Part shown: positions 1 through 8,485 of the stretch, one piece after another
Layout: each line of letters begins with the position of its first letter
How positions within the stretch are numbered: position 1 is the stretch's first letter
Assembly: GCF_000018105.1 (NCBI RefSeq)
Contig: NC_009925.1
Location: 4,470,001-4,502,000 of the forward strand
Origin: Acaryochloris marina MBIC11017
GTDB taxonomy: Bacteria > Cyanobacteriota > Cyanobacteriia > Thermosynechococcales > Thermosynechococcaceae
Direction of reading: 5' to 3'
Length of the DNA: 32,000 nucleotides
The notes under the pieces: model-generated
The model's database searches: none
What the model saw: the letters and a program-made list of their open reading frames with translations, nothing else
Told to the model about the DNA's origin: nothing
Position numbers and translations under genes: made by a program

Positions 1-848
1 ATAATTTTACGAATGTCGGCTTCAATTACCTCTTTATTGTTCAGTGGGGATGGCAAAGTACCGGAGCCGGTGCTGCTACAGCTCTGAGCCAATATCTAAT
101 GCTGGGGGTAGGATTAGCCTTGATAGGTAGAGATATCTCCTGGCCTCAACTCCAAACGGTCTGGCCCCAAGTGCTTCAAGGAACAGCGCTTCGGCAAACA
201 TTGACCTTCAATCGAGACATCTTAGTACGAACCTTTGCCCTGATTTCTACGTTTGCCGTATTTACCAACTTAAGTTCTGACCTAGGTACAGATGTCTTAT
301 CAACCAATACCTTGCTGTTACAGGTGGTCACCCTTGCATCCTACTTTATCGATGGCATCGCGTTTGCGATGGAAAGTGTAACGGGGGTTCTGAGCCAGCA
401 AAATCAACCTCAGCGTTTGCGGCAGCTGCTGACCTTATCAGGTTTTACCAGCGTTGGCTTAGGGGTTGGTTTCGCCTTAGCGTTCTATCTATTCCCTCAA
501 CCGCTATTTAGTCTGCTCACCCATCATCCAGAAGTTTTGGCCCAGGTCAATCAGTATGTGGTTTGGCTTCTGCCTGTATTGGGTTTCGGTGCGATTGCGT
601 ATTTGTTAGATGGTTATTTTCTAGGCTTAACAGCGGGCCAACACCTTCGCCATTCTGTATTAATCGCCACATTGTTTGGGTTCCTTCCTCTAGCAATAGC
701 GTCATGGTATTGGCAGCAAGTTCACTTGCTCTGGTTAGCGCTAGCTCTATTTATGGGCAGCCGGGCCATTGTCATGGTCATCCAAGTTCCTCGGTCACTC
801 AAGCGTGCCCATGGAACACCTGTTGTTCATTCTGGTCAAAAAGGGTAG
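1..848 (+). CDS. MATE-family (DinF-like) efflux transporter, C-terminal part. The ORF is open to the 5' window edge.
   Basis: The frame of ORF 99..848 has no stop back to nt 3, so the gene starts upstream of the window. It has multiple hydrophobic helices, and 'YFIDGIAFAMESVTG' resembles the DinF/MATE 'FLDGFAFAAE' region. Confidence 0.7.
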   Translation, partial: NFTNVGFNYLFIVQWGWQSTGAGAATALSQYLMLGVGLALIGRDISWPQLQTVWPQVLQGTALRQTLTFNRDILVRTFALISTFAVFTNLSSDLGTDVLSTNTLLLQVVTLASYFIDGIAFAMESVTGVLSQQNQPQRLRQLLTLSGFTSVGLGVGFALAFYLFPQPLFSLLTHHPEVLAQVNQYVVWLLPVLGFGAIAYLLDGYFLGLTAGQHLRHSVLIATLFGFLPLAIASWYWQQVHLLWLALALFMGSRAIVMVIQVPRSLKRAHGTPVVHSGQKG

Positions 849-913
849 GGACCCTCTGCTATGGATCTGGCGAGCCTCCCGGTTACTGACGGATAGAGTC
901 CAGGACGTACCCC

Positions 914-1387
914 ATGTTCAGAAAAACTCTGCTGGCTTGTTTTCTCACCCCCATCGGCCTCATCCCATTCCTTCAACCTCAAGCTGCTTGGGCCTGTAGC
1001 TGTATGCAAAGTACACCAGAAGAGCAGATGGAACAGGCGGATGTAGTGTTTACAGGGCGAGTAATTGATCGGAAGATGAAGGCCATTGAGACTCAGCCGT
1101 TTGGTGGTCGTACCTGGGTGCAATGGACTTTTGAAGTGGAATCAGATCACAAAGGATCTGTATCTGAACAAGTGACGGTTGAGAGTGCGTCTAATAGTGC
1201 GGCCTGTGGGATTAATTTTCAACTCGGAGAGCGCTTTCAGGTGTTCGCCAATCAGAACAAAACAGCTCTAAGGGCTTCTCTCTGTTCCGGCACACGAGCT
1301 TTGAGAGATGGTCAACAAGAGCAATCTCAGGCACCATCCCCATGCGCAGGTGGGCATGGGAATAGGGCACCTGAAGCGACAAACTGA
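914..1387 (+). CDS. Secreted TIMP-like / NTR-module protein (bacterial homolog of the tissue inhibitor of metalloproteinase N-domain)
   Basis: ATG start. The signal peptide MFRKTLLACFLTPIGLIPFLQPQAAWA ends in AxA and is followed directly by CSC. 'CSCMQSTPEEQMEQADVVFTGRVI' parallels TIMP-2 '[24 protein letters not shown]'. 'SAACGINF' and 'SLCSG' lie where the TIMP disulfide partner cysteines sit. Confidence 0.6.
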   Translation: MFRKTLLACFLTPIGLIPFLQPQAAWACSCMQSTPEEQMEQADVVFTGRVIDRKMKAIETQPFGGRTWVQWTFEVESDHKGSVSEQVTVESASNSAACGINFQLGERFQVFANQNKTALRASLCSGTRALRDGQQEQSQAPSPCAGGHGNRAPEATN

Positions 1388-1407
1388 TTCGATGGTCAGT
1401 TTTCCTC

Positions 1408-4029
1408 TTATTTCAATTGAGCTAAAAGCTGCTTCTGAGCATCATCCAAAGCATCTGCTAATTTACTTGGATCCCGTCCGCCTGCTTGAGCTAAGTTGGG
1501 ACGACCGCCGCCGCCGCCGCCGCATTGTTTTGCGATCGCACCCACAAACTTCCCAGCCTGCAGGCCCTGTTCAATCACCTTCGGACTAAATGCTGCCACC
1601 AAACTCACCTTGCCTTCCGCAGGTACAGACCCCAGAACCACCGCACCTTCACCCAGTTTTTGAAGTAGCCTTCCTGCAGCCGTTTTCAAGGATTCGGAAT
1701 CAACCCCTTCCAGTTGAGACACCAAAACTTTAACCTCGCCCGCTGGTTCCGCTTGGTCTAGAAGCTGTTCAGATTTAACTAACGCTAACTGCGCTTTTAG
1801 GGTATCCAATTGTTTTTGAGCCGTTTTTAGGTCCGCTTGTAGTGTCGTGATTCGCTCTGGCAGTTCTTCCGGCTTCGCTTTAAACCGATCGCTCAAATCC
1901 CGAACCACAGCATCCCGAACATTTAGATACTCTAGGACAGCAGGGCCAGCAATAGCCTCAATCCGACGCACACCTGAGGCCACACCTGCTTCCGTCACGA
2001 TTTTGAACAGGCCGATTTCCGACGTATTCTTCACATGGGTGCCGCCACAGAGTTCCATAGACACCCCCGGCACATCCATAACCCGTACTTCCGCCCCATA
2101 TTTTTCGCCAAACATAGCCACAGCCCCTTTGGCCTTGGCCTCCGCAATGGGCATCACTTCCGTTTCAGTGGTATGGGCTTCAGCAATCCAGGTATTGATT
2201 TGGGTTTCAATTTCCTGAATCTGTTCAGGGGTGACCGCCTGATTGTAGTTAAAGTCAAACCGCAAGCGATCAAAGGCCACAAGGGAACCGGCTTGGCCGA
2301 TGGATTCATCGACAATATTTTTCAAGGCCGCTTGCAACAAGTGAGTAGCCGTATGATGGGCTTGCACTTGGCGACGGCAAGCCAAGTCAATCTGAGCTGT
2401 TAGCTTATCGCCTACTTCCAAAGTGCCCCGCTCAATCCGACCATAGTGAATAAAGATGTCCGATTCTTTCTGAACATCTTCGATCCGCACCACCACATCC
2501 TTGCCATTGAGATAGCCGCGGTCACCAATTTGTCCCCCAGATTCGGCATAGAAAGGAGTTTGATCCAGAGCAATTTGCACCTCAGAACCTGCCGAAGCTT
2601 GATCAACGGTTTCTCCCTTCACCAGCAGAGCAGCCACTTTAGCTTTTGCAGAGAAATCGGTATAGCCCAGGAAGTCTGTGGGATGAACGGTGGCAGCTAA
2701 TTGTTCCAACGCACTTTGTACCGTTAGATCAATGGTCTTATGGGCACTACGACCGCGATCTTGCTGTTCTTTCATGGCTTTAGCAAAGCCGTCTTCATCG
2801 ACCGTTAGCCCTTGCTCTGCAGCAATTTCTTGGGTCAACTCTAGGGGAAAACCATAGGTGTCATATAGGTCAAAAGCGTCTTTCCCTGAAATCTGCTTGG
2901 GCTTTTTCGCCATGATTTCGCCTAGCAGCTTTTCACCCCGATTCAAAGTCTTGAGGAACTGCGCTTCTTCCCGCTCCAATTCTGTTTTGATGATTTTTTC
3001 CCGTTCTCGCACCTCAGGATAAGCAACTTCCAGAGACGCGATGGCTGTTTCCGCCACTTGGGTAATAAAGGCCCCGTCAATGCCAATCAGTTGACCATGA
3101 CGGACCACTCGCCGTATCAACCGTCGCAGCACATAACCCCGCCCCACATTAGAGGCGGTAATCCCATCGGCAATCATCTGCACCACGGACCGCACATGAT
3201 CGCCCACCACTTTTAGGGACGTTTTGGTCTTCGCCTTGCTCTTCTTATATTTAATACCTGCAATTTTGGCAGCGGTTTCAATAATCGGAAAGATCAGATC
3301 TGTCTCATAGTTATTAGGCACCCCTTGCAGGATCTGGGCCATCCGCTCCAGTCCCAAGCCCGTATCAATATTCTTGTTCTTGAGAGGGGCCAGCTTCCCG
3401 TCACTATCCCGGTTGTATTCCATAAACACCAGGTTGTAGTACTCAATAAACCGGGTGTCATCCTCTAGATCAATTTTGTCGTCCCCTTTCTCGGGATAGA
3501 AGTCGTAATACAACTCCGAACAAGGGCCACAGGGGCCAGTCGGCCCTGAAGCCCAAAAGTTATCCTCGGCTCCCATTCGCTGAATCCGATGTTCGGGGAT
3601 ACCAATTTTGTCCCGCCAAATGGCAAAGGCTTCGTCATCTTCTTCAAATACGCTAGGCACGATGCGTTCGGGAGGGAGCTTGTAGACTTCTGTGGAGAGT
3701 TCCCAAGCCCAAGCGATGGCTTGTTCTTTGAAGTAATCTCCAAAGCTAAAGTTGCCCAACATTTCAAAATAGGTGTGATGTCGAGCGGTTTGCCCCACGT
3801 TCTCAATATCGTTGGTGCGAATACATTTTTGGGAGGTGGTGGCTCTGGGCACTTCGGCTTCTCGTTGGCCCAAGAAGATCGGCTTAAAGGGCAACATCCC
3901 AGCAATCGTCAGCAGGACAGTCGGATCTTCGGGCACCAGGGAGGCGCTAGGCAGGATTTTGTGGCCTTTGGCGGCATAGAAGTCGAGAAAGGTTTGTCGG
4001 ATTTGAGCACCGCTAAGAGACGCAACCAT
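1408..4029 (-). CDS. alaS: Alanine--tRNA ligase
   Basis: 873 aa with an ATG start. Class II AlaRS N-terminus '[32 protein letters not shown]', editing-domain 'HTATHLL' and 'CGGTHV' motifs, and a C-terminal Gly-rich DHHA1 tail. Confidence 0.97.
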   Translation of the reverse strand: MVASLSGAQIRQTFLDFYAAKGHKILPSASLVPEDPTVLLTIAGMLPFKPIFLGQREAEVPRATTSQKCIRTNDIENVGQTARHHTYFEMLGNFSFGDYFKEQAIAWAWELSTEVYKLPPERIVPSVFEEDDEAFAIWRDKIGIPEHRIQRMGAEDNFWASGPTGPCGPCSELYYDFYPEKGDDKIDLEDDTRFIEYYNLVFMEYNRDSDGKLAPLKNKNIDTGLGLERMAQILQGVPNNYETDLIFPIIETAAKIAGIKYKKSKAKTKTSLKVVGDHVRSVVQMIADGITASNVGRGYVLRRLIRRVVRHGQLIGIDGAFITQVAETAIASLEVAYPEVREREKIIKTELEREEAQFLKTLNRGEKLLGEIMAKKPKQISGKDAFDLYDTYGFPLELTQEIAAEQGLTVDEDGFAKAMKEQQDRGRSAHKTIDLTVQSALEQLAATVHPTDFLGYTDFSAKAKVAALLVKGETVDQASAGSEVQIALDQTPFYAESGGQIGDRGYLNGKDVVVRIEDVQKESDIFIHYGRIERGTLEVGDKLTAQIDLACRRQVQAHHTATHLLQAALKNIVDESIGQAGSLVAFDRLRFDFNYNQAVTPEQIQEIETQINTWIAEAHTTETEVMPIAEAKAKGAVAMFGEKYGAEVRVMDVPGVSMELCGGTHVKNTSEIGLFKIVTEAGVASGVRRIEAIAGPAVLEYLNVRDAVVRDLSDRFKAKPEELPERITTLQADLKTAQKQLDTLKAQLALVKSEQLLDQAEPAGEVKVLVSQLEGVDSESLKTAAGRLLQKLGEGAVVLGSVPAEGKVSLVAAFSPKVIEQGLQAGKFVGAIAKQCGGGGGGRPNLAQAGGRDPSKLADALDDAQKQLLAQLK

Positions 4030-4233
4030 AAATCTAAAGGAACAACTCGATTAATACGTATATCAATCATGCCCTGTCCTGACTGCTTTGTGCAGGGGCT
4101 AACTAATAATGCCTAAATGCTCAACCATTCACTTATTTATTCACAAAGGTAGTCTTGGAATACCTAGACGCTATTCTATATAAAATTTTCAATGTTTTAA
4201 TCTTGTAGCTTAGTAAATGCTCTACTACGAAAA

Positions 4234-4923
4234 ATGCCTAATCCAAAACTGTCTTCCTTCGCAAATATTTCTCTTCTAGAAAGATTAACAAAACAAGATA
4301 TATTTAAAACTTTCTTAAATTTAGCGCTTTACTTATCTTTTATTCTTCCGTTGTCAGAAAAAATCCACTTCCCAGATATCAATAGTCCTTGGAAGGATTT
4401 TACGCGTGAGATAGCTCTTATTTTTCTCTTATCAGGCTTTGGTTTTAGCTACTGGATATCCGGATTCTATATTAGATTCTGGCTCATATCTATAAGAATA
4501 GAACTAGAATTCAGAATCAAAATCATTGGATCATCACTAGGGGTACGCTCCGATCAAGATAAATCGCCAATGGCCATATATGTCAGAAATACTGACTTTT
4601 TAATGATGTCTGACATTGTCTCTTACCTTTCAAAAAATGAAAATAAATTCCTGGAAAAAATATATGAAGAAAGGCTAGAGATGAATAAAAAATATAGACT
4701 TAATAAAGAAAATACTGTTACTACCTTAACCTTGTGTTTACTTCATTGGTATTTCAAAAGTGAATTGTTTTTATTTTTTGTAAAATACACTCCTGATTTT
4801 TTGCCAGCTATTGTTCTAAGTATGCTTCTTTGGGCATCTGCTGAACCTTTTCCTGAAGGTAATAACTATTTTCATGTCCCAGGGAATCCTATACGAGATT
4901 CAAAGAGCAGAAAACAAAGTTAA
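4234..4923 (+). CDS. Hypothetical integral membrane protein in an AT-rich islet (orphan)
   Basis: 229-aa ORF with an ATG start and about 4 predicted hydrophobic helices. I recognise no family motif. The coding sequence is about 27-28% G+C by hand count of two 60-nt lines, against about 50-60% in flanking genes. Confidence 0.5.
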   Translation: MPNPKLSSFANISLLERLTKQDIFKTFLNLALYLSFILPLSEKIHFPDINSPWKDFTREIALIFLLSGFGFSYWISGFYIRFWLISIRIELEFRIKIIGSSLGVRSDQDKSPMAIYVRNTDFLMMSDIVSYLSKNENKFLEKIYEERLEMNKKYRLNKENTVTTLTLCLLHWYFKSELFLFFVKYTPDFLPAIVLSMLLWASAEPFPEGNNYFHVPGNPIRDSKSRKQS

Positions 4924-5000
4924 TTACATTATGATTTCGGTGAAATTGTATCTACTTTAAACTCTAGGACTGTTTCAAGTTCACTAGAGCTAAATCAACT

Positions 5001-5023
5001 ACCCCGCTGCAAAAAGGCGGGGT
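5001..5023. terminator. Stem-loop ACCCCGC-N9-GCGGGGT between the convergent 4234..4923 (+) and msrB (-) genes
   Basis: Perfect 7-bp GC-rich stem with a 9-nt loop, 78 nt downstream of the + gene stop. There is no clear U-tract on either strand. Confidence 0.35.
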
Positions 5024-5321
5024 ATGGAAGATGTTTCATACCAATTTCGTGTGGAGATAGACTGTTTGACTCCAATGATTGGCATATCTTCAATGCTTTC
5101 GATGAACTATACAGGTCATTTAATTGGGTAATTGGTATCACTTCCAATCCGTAAGGTTGGACTATAATTCCTGTTCTTAGTTGCAAGCAACAGGAAATTT
5201 ACCTTGCCTAGATTCAAAAGTGCTGAAAACTTGATAGTCGTACAAAGTATTTATAAGGATCGACACACGTAAGAATGGTAGCTCTAAATTTTCTCTCAGG
5301 AATTTGAAAGTATCTGAGATT

Positions 5322-5825
5322 TTAAGTCGATTCCCCTGGCACAAACTTTAGAGATACGCCGTTCATACAATAGCGTTTTCCAGTCGGCCTAGGCCCATCA
5401 TTAAAAACATGACCTAAGTGTCCACCACAGCGACGACAGTGAACCTCAGTACGAGGCAACACCAGAACATAATCCGTTGAAGTGTCTACCGCTCCTTTGA
5501 TAGGTGCATAAAAGCTGGGCCAGCCTGTCCCGCTGTCAAACTTAGTTGCAGAGGTAAACAGAGGTAAATCACACCCTGAACAACGATAAAGCCCCTCGCC
5601 ATATTCCTTATCTAACAGGCTACTCCGGGGACGTTCTGTTCCTTTCTCTCGCAGAACATGGAACTGCTCAGGAGTGAGAGTTTGGCGCCACTCTTCTTCT
5701 GTTTTAGTGACTTCAAATACTTCAGCAGCCATCGCCTTGCCAGATAACCACTTGGGTAAAAAACTCGAAAACCCTGTTGTTCCCATAACTACTGTTCCTA
5801 CCTTCAGTAAGGCTCTTCTTTTCAT
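5322..5825 (-). CDS. msrB: Peptide-methionine (R)-S-oxide reductase MsrB with an N-terminal twin-arginine-type signal peptide
   Basis: Two zinc CxxC pairs ('CSGCDLPLF' and 'CRRCGGHLGHVF') and the catalytic 'RYCMNG'. The N-terminus 'MKRRALLKVGTVVMGTTG...AMAA' looks like a Tat/Sec export signal. ATG start. Confidence 0.93.
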   Translation of the reverse strand: MKRRALLKVGTVVMGTTGFSSFLPKWLSGKAMAAEVFEVTKTEEEWRQTLTPEQFHVLREKGTERPRSSLLDKEYGEGLYRCSGCDLPLFTSATKFDSGTGWPSFYAPIKGAVDTSTDYVLVLPRTEVHCRRCGGHLGHVFNDGPRPTGKRYCMNGVSLKFVPGEST

Positions 5826-6030
5826 AATTCGATCTCTGAACTAATGTGTCACAGCCCGTCCTAAAACAACGACTCGACCCATTTTTCAGGATAAACGAAA
5901 TCCTCCTAACACTGGTCTAGATATTTCAAGAAACGCGATACCTCAGGGGGTTGATACCACTGTCTAGACTGATTCATCCATCAAACTTGCTTTGGGCAAC
6001 CTTCTACAAGCATGAGAAACGAATCGAAAC

Positions 6031-6067
6031 TTGCTAAATCATACTCATAACGAGTATGATTTAGCAA
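6031..6067. repeat. Perfect 16-bp inverted repeat TTGCTAAATCATACTC-ATAAC-GAGTATGATTTAGCAA
   Basis: I checked 6031-6046 base by base as the exact reverse complement of 6052-6067, with a 5-nt loop. It lies in the 770-bp divergent intergenic region between msrB and the ABC exporter. Confidence 0.8.
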
Positions 6068-6219
6068 AGGCGTTGTCATAACGACTGTGTATCACACCCA
6101 AAACATACAGATCACCTAAACGAATTATCTGCCAACACTAACCGCTGGTTTAACCTGCCTCATTATCAATAGCCATGCTACTTATTCGTTCTCACTAATT
6201 GGTCAACTGAGGAGGAGCA

Positions 6220-6402
6220 ATGTTTACTCCCTTATTCTCGACTGCTATTTCCCTACATTTAGCTATCCCTTCGCCAACTCAGGGTCGCCCTCAAAAGTTA
6301 GGAGCTATTGAGCTCATCACGTTCGGTCTATTGCTATTTGGGATTAAAGTGACTTCTAATCACGTAGCCAATTTGTTGCTGAACCAGTTTATTAGCGGGT
6401 AG
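6220..6402 (+). CDS. Possible small membrane protein (60 aa)
   Basis: ATG preceded by a strong Shine-Dalgarno GGAGGAG at 6211-6217. One hydrophobic helix, 'AIELITFGLLLFGI'. No recognisable family, and short ORFs are often spurious. Confidence 0.3.
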   Translation: MFTPLFSTAISLHLAIPSPTQGRPQKLGAIELITFGLLLFGIKVTSNHVANLLLNQFISG

Positions 6403-6596
6403 ATATCCTGAAAAAGATCAAGGCCATACAGTAAGCAGACTGGTCTTAGTTGTGATATCTGTGACTTTTCGATTGGCTTGGAAACCTATCCAGAGACAAC
6501 AGTAAAACATCTGTGCAGAAAATTGTATTATGATGTAGTATGCGATAGGAGCCTGCAAATAGAGAAATTTTCACAGCAGGTCAAGTTTTCCACCTC

Positions 6597-8414
6597 ATGG
6601 CCAGCTACAAAGATATTGTCCGATACTATCGGCAATACTGGGGGATTTCTTTGCTCAGCATTGCCGCTGCCAGCCTGTTTGAAGTGATTGATCTGGTGGT
6701 TCCTTACGCCATTGGTCAAATCCTCAACGTGCTGTCCAGACAGCCTTTGGATGCCCCCCTGCAAGCCTTAATCGCTCAAATTTCAGCGATCACCCGTTTA
6801 CCCATCAACCGTTCCCTATCCTTGTGGACGTTGCTCGGTATCATCTTTGTGGTGACGGTGGTGCGGGCTCCGATTCAACCCTGGATTGGTAGCTGGTTTC
6901 ATTGGGCGATACCGTTAAGGGCAAAACGAGATCGCACACGACAAGTCCTCAAAAAAATCCTCACTCTGCCCTTAGATTTCTACGATGAAAACAATCCTGG
7001 GCGTATTGCAGGCCGGGTCGCTAGGGGCGTAACAAACCACACCTGGACCTATCCCGAAATTGCTGGACAGTTCATTCCCAAGCTCATGCGAGTTCTGGGT
7101 ATTTTCATCATCATTGGTTTGATTGAGTGGCCCATCGCCATCATTTTTCTGATCTCATTTATCGTCATTTTCACCTTTAGCCTGTGGGACTTACGGTTAC
7201 TGATCAAGCGAGAAGAAGTCCTGGATCGCTATATCGAAAATACCGAGAGTCGCACCTCAGAAATCATTACCAATATCAAAACCGTCAAAGCATTTGCTAC
7301 AGAAGCTGCCGAACTAGAACGCCAGCAGCAGCGGCTTGATCGTGAAATGCAGGTGGTTCTCTTCCGCATTCACAAAGGCTATGTCAAGCTTGCCACCTGG
7401 CAACGAACCATAGTACAAGCTTGTGTGTTTGGAGTTTTGACGCTGACTCTGATTGCAACAGTCCGGGGCGATATTTCTCTGGGACACTTTGTCACCACGC
7501 TGACTATCTCCAGCATGGCCTATGCCGAAATTGAGCCCTTAAGTATGGTGGCCGAAATCTTTGCTCGTCGCTATGCCTCCATGTTGCGACTCCATGAATT
7601 TATGCAGCAATCCGATGGTGCGGATGCATCCAGTCTCAGTCAAGAGCCAGTCCACCAAAATCCCTATCGGTTCTCTGGCCATCTGGAATTGCAACAGGTC
7701 AGCTTTGGCTACGATCCAAAGCAACCCATACTACAAGATATCAATCTGACCATTAAGCCACGCCAAACCGTTGCCCTGGTTGGACGTTCAGGCTCGGGGA
7801 AATCCACCTTAGTCAAACTCCTATTTCGCTATTTCGAACCCCATGCAGGACAGATCCTCATGGATGGTCAAGATATCCGATCGCTGGATGTGAGCCGATA
7901 TCGCCGCCGATTAGCCATCGTTCATCAAGATGTTGATATCTTTAACGGCACCATTCTCGAAAATCTCATCTATGGGAATCCCACCGTCAGTTTTGAGCAA
8001 GTTCAATCTGCCTGTGCCATTGCCAAGGTAGAGGAGTTTGTCCACCAGCTTCCTCAAGGCTATGCCACTGTTGTGGGAGAGCGAGGGGTTAGACTATCAG
8101 GCGGGCAACGCCAGCGCCTGGGTATTGCTCGGGCCTTGATTGTCAATCCAGATGTTCTGGTTTTTGATGAGGCAACCTCTAGCCTTGACTATGAGTCGGA
8201 ACGCACGATTCAACTCGCCATGCGTTCTCTTCTCGGAACGCGAACGCTAATCATTATCGCCCACCGCCTGAGCACCGTCCGGGAGGCAGATCAAATTGTT
8301 GTTCTTGATCAAGGCCGGATTGCAGAGGTGGGAAACCATGATCAACTGCTGCACCAGGGCGGCATTTACCATCGGCTCCATACTCTGCAAGAAACAGGTG
8401 AGTTGCGGGTATAG
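6597..8414 (+). CDS. ABC transporter, fused permease/ATPase (type I exporter, MsbA-like)
   Basis: 605 aa with an N-terminal 6-helix TMD. Walker A 'GRSGSGKST', signature 'LSGGQRQR', Walker B 'LVFDEATS' and H-loop 'IAHRL'. Confidence 0.92.
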   Translation: MASYKDIVRYYRQYWGISLLSIAAASLFEVIDLVVPYAIGQILNVLSRQPLDAPLQALIAQISAITRLPINRSLSLWTLLGIIFVVTVVRAPIQPWIGSWFHWAIPLRAKRDRTRQVLKKILTLPLDFYDENNPGRIAGRVARGVTNHTWTYPEIAGQFIPKLMRVLGIFIIIGLIEWPIAIIFLISFIVIFTFSLWDLRLLIKREEVLDRYIENTESRTSEIITNIKTVKAFATEAAELERQQQRLDREMQVVLFRIHKGYVKLATWQRTIVQACVFGVLTLTLIATVRGDISLGHFVTTLTISSMAYAEIEPLSMVAEIFARRYASMLRLHEFMQQSDGADASSLSQEPVHQNPYRFSGHLELQQVSFGYDPKQPILQDINLTIKPRQTVALVGRSGSGKSTLVKLLFRYFEPHAGQILMDGQDIRSLDVSRYRRRLAIVHQDVDIFNGTILENLIYGNPTVSFEQVQSACAIAKVEEFVHQLPQGYATVVGERGVRLSGGQRQRLGIARALIVNPDVLVFDEATSSLDYESERTIQLAMRSLLGTRTLIIIAHRLSTVREADQIVVLDQGRIAEVGNHDQLLHQGGIYHRLHTLQETGELRV

Positions 8415-8418
8415 TCCA

Positions 8419-8462
8419 GTCTCTGGCTCTCTTTCCCTAGCAAGGGTAAGAGAGCCAGAGAC
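8419..8462. terminator. Long hairpin between the convergent ABC exporter and the 8486..9811 gene
   Basis: GTCTCTGGCTCTCT (8419-8432) is the exact reverse complement of AGAGAGCCAGAGAC (8449-8462). An inner CCCT/AGGG pair extends the stem. It starts 5 nt after the ABC stop codon. No U-tract, so it may be a non-canonical terminator or an RNA-stabilising element. Confidence 0.45.
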
Positions 8463-8485
8463 CACAGCAGGAAATTGATTAAGGG

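Noticed and set aside
563-1123. ORFs 563..889 (+), 769..999 (+) and 836..1123 (-), which overlap the MATE gene end and the TIMP-like gene start
   Set aside because: They overlap better-supported genes in other frames, and they show no motifs and no SD sequences.
1505-1522. (CCG)6 trinucleotide run
   Set aside because: It encodes the Gly6 stretch ([10 protein letters not shown]) of the AlaRS C-terminal DHHA1 region. It is in frame and part of a conserved Gly-rich motif, so it is not a repeat element or a contingency locus.
1847-4116. Plus-strand ORFs 1847..2218, 2035..2403, 2446..2700 and 3589..4116, and the out-of-frame minus ORFs 2412..2606 and 3465..3905, all nested in alaS
   Set aside because: They lie wholly inside the strongly supported 873-aa alaS frame. 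Their composition is low-complexity and Ser/Pro/Arg-rich, typical of antisense or off-frame reading. They have no independent motif or RBS.
4995-5186. Minus-strand 63-aa ORF
   Set aside because: It spans the 5001-5023 hairpin in non-coding AT-rich DNA and has no SD or motif, so it is probably spurious.
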